From: an uncultured bacterium
GTDB taxonomy: Bacteria > Krumholzibacteriota > Krumholzibacteriia > LZORAL124-64-63
Length of the DNA stretch: 64,000 nt
Assembly (NCBI GenBank): GCA_963727525.1
Contig: CAVSGO010000007.1
Location: forward strand, 1,216,001-1,280,000
Reading direction: 5' to 3'
Shown: piece after piece, positions 30,315 to 40,129 of the stretch
Numbering within the stretch: the stretch's first letter is position 1
How the letters are laid out: the number at the start of each line of letters is the position of its first letter
Notes under the pieces: model-generated
Databases searched by the model: none
What the model saw: the letters and a program-made list of their open reading frames with translations, nothing else
What the model was told of the DNA's origin: nothing
Made by a program: the position numbers and the translations under genes

Positions 30315-31072
30315 GGCTTGCGCCCCACGACGCCGATGGTGGGGGTGGTATACAGCGCCAGGCGACGTCGGCCGAACCAGTCGCGCCAGCCCTGGCCCAG
30401 GGTACCGAAGGGGCGCATGGGGAGCCGGGCGCCCGTGCGCGTGAGCACGACCTTTCGCAACGCGCGGTACCAGAGCCCCGGGACCATCCAGTCGCCGTAG
30501 CTTCGCTGCGGCACCAGGCCGGCCTGGCGCACCAGAGACTCCAGCTCGTCGATCGTGAACTGCGTCTCCCAGCCCGCAAACCACTTGCCCAGGGCGATGA
30601 GGACCTGCTTGCCCACGGTGTAGTAGTGGAACGTCTGCGGCACGTCCACCACGAGCACGCCGCCATCGCGCAGGACCCGCACGTTCTCGCGCAACAGCGG
30701 CAAGGGGTCGCGAAAGTGCTCGAGCAGGCCCTGATGGAAGACCACGTCGAAGGTGCCGTCGGGAAAGGGCATGGCCAGGCCGTCGCCACACACCGGCGCC
30801 ACGGGTGCCGACGCCGTCCGGGCCGCCTGCTGGGTCAAAAGTAGCGAGCCAGGCACGTAATCGAGGGTGATGATCTCGGCGCCGGCGGCTGCCAGGGTGA
30901 CGGCGTCGCGCCCCGTACCCGCGCCGACCTCGAGCACGCGCTTGCCGCGCAGGTCGCCCAGCGCGGTGATCTCGCGCACGAGGCGACCGTCGTTGCCGTA
31001 GACGTCGTCCAGGCCGTGCGCATCGGCTTGCTCCCAGAACTGCTGCCAGTGCCGCGGCGTCGATTCCCTCAC
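30311..31072 (-). CDS. Class I SAM-dependent methyltransferase
   Basis: VLEVGAGTG, MPFPDGTFDVV, RVLRDGG. Confidence 0.85.
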   Translation of the reverse strand: MRESTPRHWQQFWEQADAHGLDDVYGNDGRLVREITALGDLRGKRVLEVGAGTGRDAVTLAAAGAEIITLDYVPGSLLLTQQAARTASAPVAPVCGDGLAMPFPDGTFDVVFHQGLLEHFRDPLPLLRENVRVLRDGGVLVVDVPQTFHYYTVGKQVLIALGKWFAGWETQFTIDELESLVRQAGLVPQRSYGDWMVPGLWYRALRKVVLTRTGARLPMRPFGTLGQGWRDWFGRRRLALYTTPTIGVVGRKP

Positions 31073-31482
31073 GGCTTCAGCCCCGCCGCCGCCCGGTCGA
31101 GCACGCCGTTCACGAACCCCACCGCGTGCTCGTCGCAGAACAAGCGTGCAAGCTCGCAAGCCTCGTTGATGGCCACCTTGTACGGCACCTCGGGGCTGTG
31201 ATGCAGCTCCGTGATGGCCAGCGTGAGGATGAGCCGTTCAAGCAGCCCGACCCGTTCGAGGTCCCAGTTCGCGAGCAACGGCGCGATCTCGCGCTCGTGG
31301 GCCGCGCCGTGATTGATGACCTTGCGCACGAGCTCGCGGGCGAAGTCGCTGGTCTCGTCGTTCGATTCGCGGCGGTCCAGCTGATCATCGAGGCACTGGA
31401 GCAGCCCCCCGCCGCTCACGCGGGAGGCGTACATGGCCTGCAGAACGATCGCGCGCCCCTTGCTGCGTTTGCCCACGGTCAC
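31069..31482 (-). CDS. nusB: Transcription antitermination factor NusB
   Basis: RSKGRAIVLQAMY, NWDLER, PYKVAINEACELA, FVNGVLD; follows ribH; start 31482 or 31476. Confidence 0.93.
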   Translation of the reverse strand: MTVGKRSKGRAIVLQAMYASRVSGGGLLQCLDDQLDRRESNDETSDFARELVRKVINHGAAHEREIAPLLANWDLERVGLLERLILTLAITELHHSPEVPYKVAINEACELARLFCDEHAVGFVNGVLDRAAAGLKP

Positions 31483-31952
31483 CCCTTGTCGATGGTGGCG
31501 TAGAGATCGATCATCTCGAGGGCGGTCATGGCCGCATCGAACCCCTTGTTGCCCGCCTTGGTTCCGGCCCGCTCGATCGCCTGGTCGAGAGTCTCGGCGG
31601 TGACGACACCGTAGACGACCGGGATGCTCGCTTCCAACCCCACCTGCGCGACGCCCTTCGTCAGCTCGTTGCTGATGTAGTGCCAATGGGGCGTGTCGCC
31701 CTGGATGACGCAACCCACGCAGATGACCGCCGCATACCGGCCGCTGCCGGCGAAGCGTTTGGCCACCGGCGGGATCTCGAAACCTCCAGGCACCCACGCC
31801 AGGTCCACCTGGTCGTCGCTCACACCGTGGCGGCGCAGGCAGTCGCGCGCGCCGTCCACCAGCTCGCTGGTGAAGAAATCGTTGAAGCGGCTGGCGACGA
31901 TGGCGATCTTCTGCCCACGCGCATCGAAGCGTCCCTCGTACGTCTTGCCCAT
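31479..31952 (-). CDS. ribH: Lumazine synthase
   Basis: SRFNDF, VPGGFEIP, GCVIQGDTPH, GNKGFDAA. Confidence 0.96.
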   Translation of the reverse strand: MGKTYEGRFDARGQKIAIVASRFNDFFTSELVDGARDCLRRHGVSDDQVDLAWVPGGFEIPPVAKRFAGSGRYAAVICVGCVIQGDTPHWHYISNELTKGVAQVGLEASIPVVYGVVTAETLDQAIERAGTKAGNKGFDAAMTALEMIDLYATIDKG

Positions 31953-31968
31953 GTCTCCTCCTGTGCGA

Positions 31969-33171
31969 TTACAGATGATCCAGCAGGTGGCCGAGGCGCG
32001 CCTTCTTGGTCTTCAGGTACTCGAGGTTGCGCAGATTCGGTCGGATCTCCAGCGGTACCCGATCGACGATGTGCAGACCGTAGCTGTCGAGCCCGACGAT
32101 CTTGCGCGGATTGTTCGTCATCAGCCGCATCTCGCGCACGCCCAGATCGCGCAGCATCTGGGCGCCGAGTCCATACTCGCGCAGATCGGCCGGAAAGCCC
32201 AGGCGGTGGTTGGCCTCGACGGTGTCCAGGCCCGCGTCCTGCAGATCATAGGCCTTGAGCTTGTTCAGCAGGCCGATGCCGCGCCCTTCCTGCCGCATGT
32301 ACAGCAGCACGCCGCGCCCCTCGGCCTCGATGGCCGTGAGCGCCGCCTCGAGCTGCTCGCCACAGTCGCAGCGGAGACTGTGGAAGAGGTCACCGGTGAG
32401 GCACTCGCTGTGCACCCGCACCAGGGTGGGCTCCTCGGTCACGATGTCGCCCTTGACCAGCGCCAGGTGCACGAGGCTGTCGACGCTGGTGGTGTAGGCG
32501 ATCATGCGGAAGTTGCCGTGCCGCGCGGGCATGGCCACGTCGGCCGCGCGTGTGACGAGCTGCTCATGGCCACGCCGCCAGCGGATGAGGTCGGCGATGG
32601 AGATGAGCCTAAGGTCGTGCTCCCGTGCAAGCTCCAGCAGGCGCGGCAGACGCGCCATGCTGCCGTCGTCGTCCATGATCTCGCAGAGGATGCCCGCCGG
32701 GGTGAGCCCGGCCGCCCTGCAGAGATCGACCACGGCCTCCGTATGCCCGGCCCGCCGCAGCACGCCGCCGTTCACCGCCTCCAGCGGAAAGACATGCCCG
32801 GGTCGCGCCAGATCCTGCGACCGCGTCTGCGGGTCGATGAACACTTGCACCGTACGCGCACGGTCGTGCGCGCTGATGCCCGTCGTGGTGCCGGTGGCGG
32901 CGTCCACGCTCACGGTGAACTGCGTACCAAGACTGGCCGTATTGCGCGCCACCATGGGCTGCAGCTCCAGCTCACGCATACGTTCGCCGGTGGCGGCCAG
33001 GCACACGAGACCGCGCCCGTGCTTGGCGACGAAGTTGATCGCCTGGGGCGTCACCTTGTCGGCGGCCATGACGAAATCGCCCTCGTTCTCGCGGTCCTCA
33101 TCGTCGACCACGATGATGAGCTCGCCGCGCTTCAACGCTTCGAGAGCGGAATCGATGGTGTCGAGGGTCAT
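31969..33171 (-). CDS. ribBA: Bifunctional DHBP synthase / GTP cyclohydrolase II
   Basis: [46 protein letters not shown]. Confidence 0.96.
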   Translation of the reverse strand: MTLDTIDSALEALKRGELIIVVDDEDRENEGDFVMAADKVTPQAINFVAKHGRGLVCLAATGERMRELELQPMVARNTASLGTQFTVSVDAATGTTTGISAHDRARTVQVFIDPQTRSQDLARPGHVFPLEAVNGGVLRRAGHTEAVVDLCRAAGLTPAGILCEIMDDDGSMARLPRLLELAREHDLRLISIADLIRWRRGHEQLVTRAADVAMPARHGNFRMIAYTTSVDSLVHLALVKGDIVTEEPTLVRVHSECLTGDLFHSLRCDCGEQLEAALTAIEAEGRGVLLYMRQEGRGIGLLNKLKAYDLQDAGLDTVEANHRLGFPADLREYGLGAQMLRDLGVREMRLMTNNPRKIVGLDSYGLHIVDRVPLEIRPNLRNLEYLKTKKARLGHLLDHL

Positions 33172-33833
33172 GATCTCTCCCCTGAGTCGCGGCTCCAGCC
33201 GCGCGCGAGGATGAAGCCGAGGTCGGGCACCTGGGCCGCGACCTCCGCCCGCCGCCCCGTGCGGGCGGCCTTGACAAGCACATCCATCTCCAGATTCACG
33301 CGCCGCCCCCGCCGGGCCTGCGCGAACGTCGTCCAGCGAAGCGTGTGCGGGATGAGGTTCAAGGTGAAGCGGTCGACATGCGGACCGGCATCCACCGTGA
33401 GGCTGACACCGTCCACTGCGACCGACCCCTTGGGCATGAGCCACTGGACGAGATCCGCGCCGCATGCCACCGTCATCAAGAAGCTGGCGCCTTGCGGCCT
33501 GATGGCCGCGATGGTGCCCGTGCCGTCCACGTGACCCTGCACGAGGTGCCCGTCCAGCGCCTGACCGGCCTGCAGCGCGGGTTCGAGATGGAGACGATCG
33601 CCGGCGCGCCAGCCTGCCAGCGTGGTGACCCGCAGCGTCTCGGCCGCGGCTTCCACGGTGACGGCGTCGCGCGCATGATCCGTGACGGTGAGGCAGATGC
33701 CATTGACGGCAAGCGAGTCGCCGGCCTTCAGCGCCGGCGCCGTCCGGGGCGCGCCGATTGTCAGACGCGCGAGCTGCCGCGTCGTGTGCATGGCGCGCAG
33801 GGTGCCGATCTCGCGGATGAGGCCCGTGAACAC
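33168..33833 (-). CDS. ribE: Riboflavin synthase (alpha chain)
   Basis: (M)[39 protein letters not shown]. Confidence 0.94.
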   Translation of the reverse strand: MFTGLIREIGTLRAMHTTRQLARLTIGAPRTAPALKAGDSLAVNGICLTVTDHARDAVTVEAAAETLRVTTLAGWRAGDRLHLEPALQAGQALDGHLVQGHVDGTGTIAAIRPQGASFLMTVACGADLVQWLMPKGSVAVDGVSLTVDAGPHVDRFTLNLIPHTLRWTTFAQARRGRRVNLEMDVLVKAARTGRRAEVAAQVPDLGFILARGWSRDSGERS

Positions 33834-33834
33834 G

Positions 33835-34938
33835 TCACTCCCCTCCCGCAAGCTGGCGACGCGTGGCCGCGAAGTCGGTGTGGTCCCAGACGGCGCACAG
33901 ATCGTTGCCCACCTGGTCGGTGCGTGTGAGAGAGAACGCCTCGACCGGGCCGCTCGTGCTCGACGGCCACGACGGGCCGTCGCCGAGCACGACCGGCGCC
34001 GTGTATTGCACCCAGCGATCCACGAGCCCGGCCGCAAGGAAGCTCGCCGCCAGCCGCGGCCCGCCCTCCAGCAGCACCGTGTGCACGTGCCGCGACGACG
34101 ACGCCTCGAGCAGCGCGGTCGGATGGATCCCGTTGCGCCCCGCCGGGCAGCGCAGCACGTCGAAACCCGCAGGCGGCGTGCCGTTGGCCGTGTGCGCACA
34201 GAACACGAGACCGCTCTCGCGCCGTAGCCCACTCTCGAGTTCGAGCCGCGTGTCGACGTAGCCGACCAGCGGCAGCGCCTGCGGACAGCACGCGTCGTCG
34301 ACCACGAGCCGCGTGTCGAGGCGCGGACGGTCGGCCTCCGCCGTACCGCGCCCCACGAGCACGAGGTCGAGCCATCGGCGCCTCTCGTGCACGCGCCGGC
34401 GCGCCGACTCGCTGGTGAGGTAGACCGGCCCGGCCGCGAGCTTGGCCGCCGGCGCGAAGCGCCCGTCGAGACTCTGCGCCGTCTTCAGTTCCACGTAGGG
34501 CCGGGCGAAGCCCTCGGTGACGACGAATGGCCACACCAGTTCGAGGCAGGCATCGGCTTCGACGCCGAGCATGACCTCCACGCCCTCGCCCACCAGCCGC
34601 GCCAGTCCCCCGCCCTTGACGGTGGGATTGGGGTCCCGCACTCCGCATACGACGCGCGTGATGCCCGCCTGCAGGATCGCCTCGGTGCACGGCGGCGTGC
34701 GCCCGTGGTGATTGCAGGGCTCGAGGGTGCAGAACAAGGTGGCGCCGCGCGCGCGCGCGCCGGCCTCGCCAAGGGCCACGCGCTCGGCGTGAGGTCGGCC
34801 GGGCCCGTGGTGGGCTCCACGCCCGACGACCTCGCCGTCGCTTACGACGAGTGTGCCCACCGGCGGGTTCGGCCACGTCCGTCGCGGCAACCGCCCCGCC
34901 AGTTGCAAAGCCTCGTTCATATACTGCGCATCGCGCAA
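33835..34938 (-). CDS. ribD: Riboflavin biosynthesis deaminase/reductase
   Basis: PNPPVG, HAE, TLEPCNHHGRTPPC, SLDG, LEGG; start 34938 (TTG) or 34920 (ATG). Confidence 0.93.
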   Translation of the reverse strand: MRDAQYMNEALQLAGRLPRRTWPNPPVGTLVVSDGEVVGRGAHHGPGRPHAERVALGEAGARARGATLFCTLEPCNHHGRTPPCTEAILQAGITRVVCGVRDPNPTVKGGGLARLVGEGVEVMLGVEADACLELVWPFVVTEGFARPYVELKTAQSLDGRFAPAAKLAAGPVYLTSESARRRVHERRRWLDLVLVGRGTAEADRPRLDTRLVVDDACCPQALPLVGYVDTRLELESGLRRESGLVFCAHTANGTPPAGFDVLRCPAGRNGIHPTALLEASSSRHVHTVLLEGGPRLAASFLAAGLVDRWVQYTAPVVLGDGPSWPSSTSGPVEAFSLTRTDQVGNDLCAVWDHTDFAATRRQLAGGE

Positions 34939-34991
34939 GACGGTAGACCCTTCGTCCGTGCCGGCACGAAGGGAGAGGCGGGGGTCTGGCC

Positions 34992-35106
34992 CCAACTTCT
35001 CCCATCCGGACTGTGACCGTCGGCTCCGGAATCTCACCGGATCGTGCCCTTGCGGGCTCGCGGGCTTTCACCGCCGGTGGGGACTTCCACCCCGCCCTGA
35101 AGTTGG
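34992..35106 (-). ncRNA. FMN riboswitch (RFN element)
   Basis: CTTCAGGGCGGGGTGGAAGTCCCCACCGGCGGT...AGCCCGCGAGC...GATCCGGTGAGATTCCGGAGCCGACGGT..AGTCCGGATGGGAGAAG, with P1 CCAACTTC/GAAGTTGG; upstream of ribD. Confidence 0.97.
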
Positions 35107-35119
35107 ATCTGGCTGCCCC

Positions 35120-35148
35120 AAAATAGCTGGCAGTGTTCGAGCGGTCAA
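35120..35148 (-). promoter_or_regulatory. Putative rib operon promoter
   Basis: TTGACC-N17-TATTTT immediately upstream of the riboswitch. Confidence 0.55.
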
Positions 35149-35360
35149 GCCGACTGCTCGTGCCCGAATCGGTGACAGCGACTGCACACCGCGATCGGAT
35201 TGCTCGGGTCGCCCACCACGGCGCTGGCGGATTCCCCGCGGATCAATGCCTACGACCCGGTTGCGCACCACGTCCGTGCCGCCCGTATCTCACCGTCGGC
35301 AACGCCGGCGCGACGCGGACGACGAGGTATATGGCCATCGTCCCCCGCAACGCAACGCCC

Positions 35361-36392
35361 CTACTCCCGCACCTCCTCTTCGGGCACCATCTCCGACACC
35401 AGCGCCACGCTGAACGCATCCGCGTCGAACACCGCGAGGTCGTCGACCGTCTCCCCCATGCCGACGTACTTCACGGGTAGCCCGATCGACTCGGCGATGG
35501 CGACCACGATTCCGCCCTTGGCGGTGCCGTCGAGCTTGGTCAAGAAGAGCCCCTCCACCGGGATCGTCTCCGCGAAGATCTTTGCCTGCTGCAGGCCATT
35601 CTGCCCGGTGTTCGCATCGACCACCAGCAACGTCTCGGGATCGCGGCCCGTGCGCTTGCGAATCACGCGAGCGACCTTGGCGAGCTCATCCATGAGGTTG
35701 GTCTTGGTGTGCAATCGCCCCGCCGTGTCGACGATCACCACGTCGCAACCGCGCGCCGCGGCCGCGTTCAGAGCGTCGTACACGACGGCCGCGGGGTCGG
35801 CGCCGTGCCCCTGGGACACGCAGGGCACGCCCACGCGGTCGGCCCAGACCTGGAGCTGCTCGACGGCAGCAGCGCGGAACGTGTCGCCCGCGGCCAGCAG
35901 CACCGAACGACCCTCGTCCTTGTACAGCTTGGCGAGCTTGGCGATGGAGGTCGTCTTGCCGGTACCGTTCACGCCGACCACGAAGATGACCTGCAACGCA
36001 GCCGCCGCCGCGTCGACGGCGGGCGCCTCCGCGGCGGCAGCGTCGCGCTTCTTCTTCGACTTCTTGCCGCCACTGTCCAGCGCATCCTCCCACCGCGGCG
36101 GATGCACCTTGGGTTTCGCCTCGGTGAGGATCTTGCGCACGTCGCCGCGGATGATGCCCACCACCGAGGCCAGCGTGGCCTCGCCCTTCTCTTCGCGCAC
36201 GCGCTTCTCGATGTTGCGCGTGATGGCGACGGCCGACTGCACGCCCATGTCGGCGGAGATGAGCAGTTCCTCGAGCTGGTCGAGGGTGTCCTCGTCGAGC
36301 TTCACGCCGCCGCGGAAGAGCTTCTGCAGCCCACCCACCATGTTGTCGCGGGTCTTGGTCATACCCTGCTTGAAGCGATCGAACAGCCCCAT
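35361..36392 (-). CDS. ftsY: SRP receptor FtsY
   Basis: GVNGTGKTT, DTFRAAA, DTAGR, TKLDGTAKGG. Confidence 0.96.
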   Translation of the reverse strand: MGLFDRFKQGMTKTRDNMVGGLQKLFRGGVKLDEDTLDQLEELLISADMGVQSAVAITRNIEKRVREEKGEATLASVVGIIRGDVRKILTEAKPKVHPPRWEDALDSGGKKSKKKRDAAAAEAPAVDAAAAALQVIFVVGVNGTGKTTSIAKLAKLYKDEGRSVLLAAGDTFRAAAVEQLQVWADRVGVPCVSQGHGADPAAVVYDALNAAAARGCDVVIVDTAGRLHTKTNLMDELAKVARVIRKRTGRDPETLLVVDANTGQNGLQQAKIFAETIPVEGLFLTKLDGTAKGGIVVAIAESIGLPVKYVGMGETVDDLAVFDADAFSVALVSEMVPEEEVRE

Positions 36393-39300
36393 CAGCCGGT
36401 GGCCTCCCCAGTCTCGGGTTCCGCGGTCGCCATCTCGTCGTCGGACTCGTCGGCGGCCGGCGCCTTCGCGTCCTCCGTCCGGTCGATGTCCTGTCGCCGC
36501 GAGGCGATCGCGCCCGCCAGTTCGGCGTCGCTCTGCGTCTGCGCCACGTCCTTGAACGACACCGACACGACGCTGGAGACGCCCTGCTCCATCATGGTGA
36601 CGCCGTAGAGATGGTTGGCCGTTTCCATGGTGAGTTTGTTGTGCGTGATCACGAGGAACTGCGTGTTCTTCGAAAACTCGCGCAGCATGGTGACGAAGCG
36701 GCCGATGTTCGTGTCATCGAGGGGCGCGTCGGCCTCGTCGAGCATGCAGAAGGGCGACGGCTTCACGAGGTACACGGCGAAGAGGATCGACAGGGCTGTG
36801 AGGCAACGCTCGCCGCCCGAGAGCAGCGACACGTGGTCGATCACCTTGCCCGTGGGCTGGGCCACGATCTGGATCTCGCTTTCCAGCGGGTCGTCGGTCT
36901 TCTGCAGGATGAGGTCGGCACGCCCGCCGCGGAAGAGCGTCTGGAACACCGCGACGTAGTTGCGGCGCACCTCCTCGAAGGTATCCGCGAAGAGCTTGCG
37001 CGCCGTGCGGTTGATCTCGCCGATCGCCTTCTCGAGATCGGCCCGGGCCTTGGACACGTCCGTCTGCTGGCCGGTGAGGAATTCGAGGCGCACCTTCTTG
37101 GTGTCATACTCCTCGAGGGCGAGGTGGTTGATCGGCCCCAGCGATGCGAGCTGCTGCTTCTTGTCGTTCAGCAGCGATTCGGCCTGGCTGAACTGGAAGA
37201 CGCCCTCCTCGCGTTCCAGCTCTCGCGGCAGGTGCTCGGGATCCACCTGGGCGACCAGCTCGGCAAACCCGCCAGTGTACTGCTCCTCGATCCTCTCCTC
37301 GAGGTTGTTGCGGCGCAGGTCGAGGGTGGCGAGCTCGGTCTCGAGCTGGTGGATCTGATCGCGGCAGCCGGTGCGCTGGTCCTCGATGGCCTTCGTACGG
37401 TCGTGCCACTGCGCCGTCTGCTGGTGCAGCTCCTGGATCGCCGCCGCCGCATTGCGCAGGATGGAGCGACGACGCTCCCGTTCCTGGAACTGGCCCATCA
37501 GCACGTCACGGCGCTCGGCGAGGTCGGTGTCGAGCTTCTCGGCCTCGGCGCGCTGGTGTTCTCCCTCCTGAACCAGACGCTCGCGGCGTCCCAGCAGCTC
37601 GGTGAGATTCTGACGCAGGTGAGACAGCGTGGTCTCGGCCTGGCGGCGCTCCCCCTCGCGGCGCTGCTGCACCAGGCGTTGCTCCTCGAGGGTGTATCGC
37701 AGCTCGTCGCGCCGCGCCTCGGCCTCCTGCACGCGGGTGCGTAGCTCGTCGCGGCGCACGGTGGTGTCCTGCCGTTGCTGCGTGGACGCGCTGAGGCGGT
37801 CCTGCAGCGCCTGCTCCTGTTCGGTCAGCTCGGCTATGGCGGTGGCAAGGCGTCCGCCCTCGGTCTGGAGGTCGTCGCGGCGGCGCAGGGCCGCCTGACG
37901 ACGGTCATCGAGCTGGGCAAGGGCCACTTGCGCGGTGTTCAGCTCGGCGTCGAGGGCCGCAAGATCCTCGCGCCCCTGCTGCAGCAGCCGCCGCAGCTCC
38001 TCCCGTCGGGTCTGGTTGGCGGCGACGGCAGCGGTGGCCGCGGCCACGCGCGCCTCGAGCGACTCCACCTCGGCCGCGAGCTGGTCGAGCTTGTCGCCGC
38101 GCCCGAGGACGCTCACCTCGCCGCGCTCCCGCGCGCCGCCGCGCACGAGGCCATCGGAGGTGATCAACAGACCGCTCGGCGACAGGCACACCAGCGGCGC
38201 CTCGCCAGTATGGTTGCGCGCCGCGGCCAGAGCCGCGTCGTCGTCGCGGCACAGCACGGTGCGCGCGAGCAGACGATGCAGGTATGGCAGCGCCACCGCT
38301 GGACCGGTGGCCACATCGAGAGCCGGCGTGGCGCCATCCAACCGCACGATCTCGCCGGCAGGCCCCTTTTCGACGTCGCACAGGAAAGTGGCCAGGCCAT
38401 GCTGACCCTCCCGCAGCTCGCCGGCAAGGGACGAGGCGAGACCCGGATCGCTGACCACGACGGCGTCGAGCATCTCCCCGCAGAGGATCTCGAAGGCGAG
38501 TGTCCACGCCTCGGGCACGCGCAAGGCATCGCCGAGGCCGCCACGCACCTCGTCGCGGTGGCCGTGGTGCGTCAGCACGTGCTTGGCGCCCTCGCCATAA
38601 CCCTGAAACTCGGAGGCCAGGGTCCGCAGCATGTCGAGGCGGCCCACGGCCGACTCGCGGCGGCCGGTGGCCATGGATAGATCGGCCTGCAGGTCCTGCC
38701 CGCGCACCTCGAGGTCGGTGGTCTGGCGCTCGGTGGCGGCAAGGTGATGCAGCAGGTCGCGCCGCCGCTCGCCGAGGCGATCGCGCGTCTCGCGGTGTGT
38801 GGTCACCTCGCTCTCGGCAGCCGCGGCCTCGCGGGCGAGCGTCTCGCGCTCCTCTTCCAGAAGTGTGAGACGCTCCTGCCGGTTCTCGCGCTTCACTTGC
38901 AGCTCGCGCACCTCGCTGCGGAAGCCGGCATCGGTCTCGATGACCTGCATGTTGAGCTGCACGGCGTCCTCGAGGGACGCGCGATCGCTCGCCAGCGCCT
39001 GATCCATGAGCTGCAGCTCCTCGGTGCGCTCGGCCAGCTCGGTCGCGGCGGCGGCGATGGCCTGCTCCACGTCCTGCAGGTGCTGCTCCATGCCAGTGAT
39101 GCGGGCGTCAACGTCTGTGTGCTGGGCGTCGGCCTCCTTGCCGCCCTGCTGCGCCTCCTCGCTGCGCCGGCGCAGCTCCACGATGCGCTGCTCGATGACC
39201 ACCACCTGGCGCTCGCATTCCTGCAGTTCCTCCTCGAACGCTTGCAGCGATTCCTCGAGCTGGCGTCGCTCGGCCTCGCGCTCGTCGATGAGCGGCCGTT

Positions 39301-40114
39301 GCTGTTCGATGCTGGCGCGCAGGGTGTTCAGCTCGCCGCTGTCGGACTCCGCCGTCGTGCGCAGCTCGTCGATGCGCCCATGGATCTCGCGGTCGCGCTG
39401 GTCGAGCTGCTCGCGTCGCCGGGACGCGAGGCTCAGATCGAGGGCGCGGATCTCCTGGAATAGCCGCTGGTGACGACGTGCCTTGCCCACCTGCCTGGCC
39501 AGCGACCGCACCTCGCGCCCGATCTCGTCGATGATGTCGTTGAGTCGCAGCAGATCCTGCGACGTGCGGTCGAGCTTGCGTTGCGTCTCCTTGCGCCGGG
39601 CCTTGTACTTCGTGATGCCCGAGCCTTCCTCGAGCAGGTGGCGCAGCTCCTGGTTGTTCTCGTTGAGGATCTGCTTGATCATCGACTCCTCGATGATCGA
39701 GTAGCTGGCGTTGTTCACGCCACTGTCCCACATGAGGTCGCGCAGATCCTTGAGCCGGCAGGGCGACCCGTTCAGATAGTACTCGCTCGTGCCGTCGCGA
39801 GTGACGCGACGCTTGATCGCCACCTCGTCGAAGTCGATGGGAATGCGGCCGTCGTCGTTGGTGAAGGTGACGGTGACCTCGGCCATGCCCACGGGCTTGC
39901 GCTTCGTCGTGCCCTTGAAGACGACGTCGTCCATGCGGTCGCCACGCAGCGTCTTGGCCGACTGCTCGCCGAGCACCCAGCGGAACGCGTCGACGACGTT
40001 GGACTTGCCGCAGCCATTCGGCCCCAGCACCGCCGTGATGCCCTCGTCGAAGGTGAGCACGGTGCGATCGACGAACGACTTGAATCCCTGGAGTTCGAGG
40101 CGCTTGAGTTTCAC
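36392..40114 (-). CDS. smc: Chromosome segregation protein SMC
   Basis: GFKSF, GPNGCGKSN, coiled coils and hinge, LSGGE, LDEADAPLD. Confidence 0.97.
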   Translation of the reverse strand: MKLKRLELQGFKSFVDRTVLTFDEGITAVLGPNGCGKSNVVDAFRWVLGEQSAKTLRGDRMDDVVFKGTTKRKPVGMAEVTVTFTNDDGRIPIDFDEVAIKRRVTRDGTSEYYLNGSPCRLKDLRDLMWDSGVNNASYSIIEESMIKQILNENNQELRHLLEEGSGITKYKARRKETQRKLDRTSQDLLRLNDIIDEIGREVRSLARQVGKARRHQRLFQEIRALDLSLASRRREQLDQRDREIHGRIDELRTTAESDSGELNTLRASIEQQRPLIDEREAERRQLEESLQAFEEELQECERQVVVIEQRIVELRRRSEEAQQGGKEADAQHTDVDARITGMEQHLQDVEQAIAAAATELAERTEELQLMDQALASDRASLEDAVQLNMQVIETDAGFRSEVRELQVKRENRQERLTLLEEERETLAREAAAAESEVTTHRETRDRLGERRRDLLHHLAATERQTTDLEVRGQDLQADLSMATGRRESAVGRLDMLRTLASEFQGYGEGAKHVLTHHGHRDEVRGGLGDALRVPEAWTLAFEILCGEMLDAVVVSDPGLASSLAGELREGQHGLATFLCDVEKGPAGEIVRLDGATPALDVATGPAVALPYLHRLLARTVLCRDDDAALAAARNHTGEAPLVCLSPSGLLITSDGLVRGGARERGEVSVLGRGDKLDQLAAEVESLEARVAAATAAVAANQTRREELRRLLQQGREDLAALDAELNTAQVALAQLDDRRQAALRRRDDLQTEGGRLATAIAELTEQEQALQDRLSASTQQRQDTTVRRDELRTRVQEAEARRDELRYTLEEQRLVQQRREGERRQAETTLSHLRQNLTELLGRRERLVQEGEHQRAEAEKLDTDLAERRDVLMGQFQERERRRSILRNAAAAIQELHQQTAQWHDRTKAIEDQRTGCRDQIHQLETELATLDLRRNNLEERIEEQYTGGFAELVAQVDPEHLPRELEREEGVFQFSQAESLLNDKKQQLASLGPINHLALEEYDTKKVRLEFLTGQQTDVSKARADLEKAIGEINRTARKLFADTFEEVRRNYVAVFQTLFRGGRADLILQKTDDPLESEIQIVAQPTGKVIDHVSLLSGGERCLTALSILFAVYLVKPSPFCMLDEADAPLDDTNIGRFVTMLREFSKNTQFLVITHNKLTMETANHLYGVTMMEQGVSSVVSVSFKDVAQTQSDAELAGAIASRRQDIDRTEDAKAPAADESDDEMATAEPETGEATG

Positions 40115-40129
40115 GGATGGTCCTTCTCT

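Noticed and set aside
35068..35271. 67-aa minus-strand ORF upstream of ribD
   Set aside because: It overlaps the promoter and FMN aptamer, and the sequence is not protein-like.
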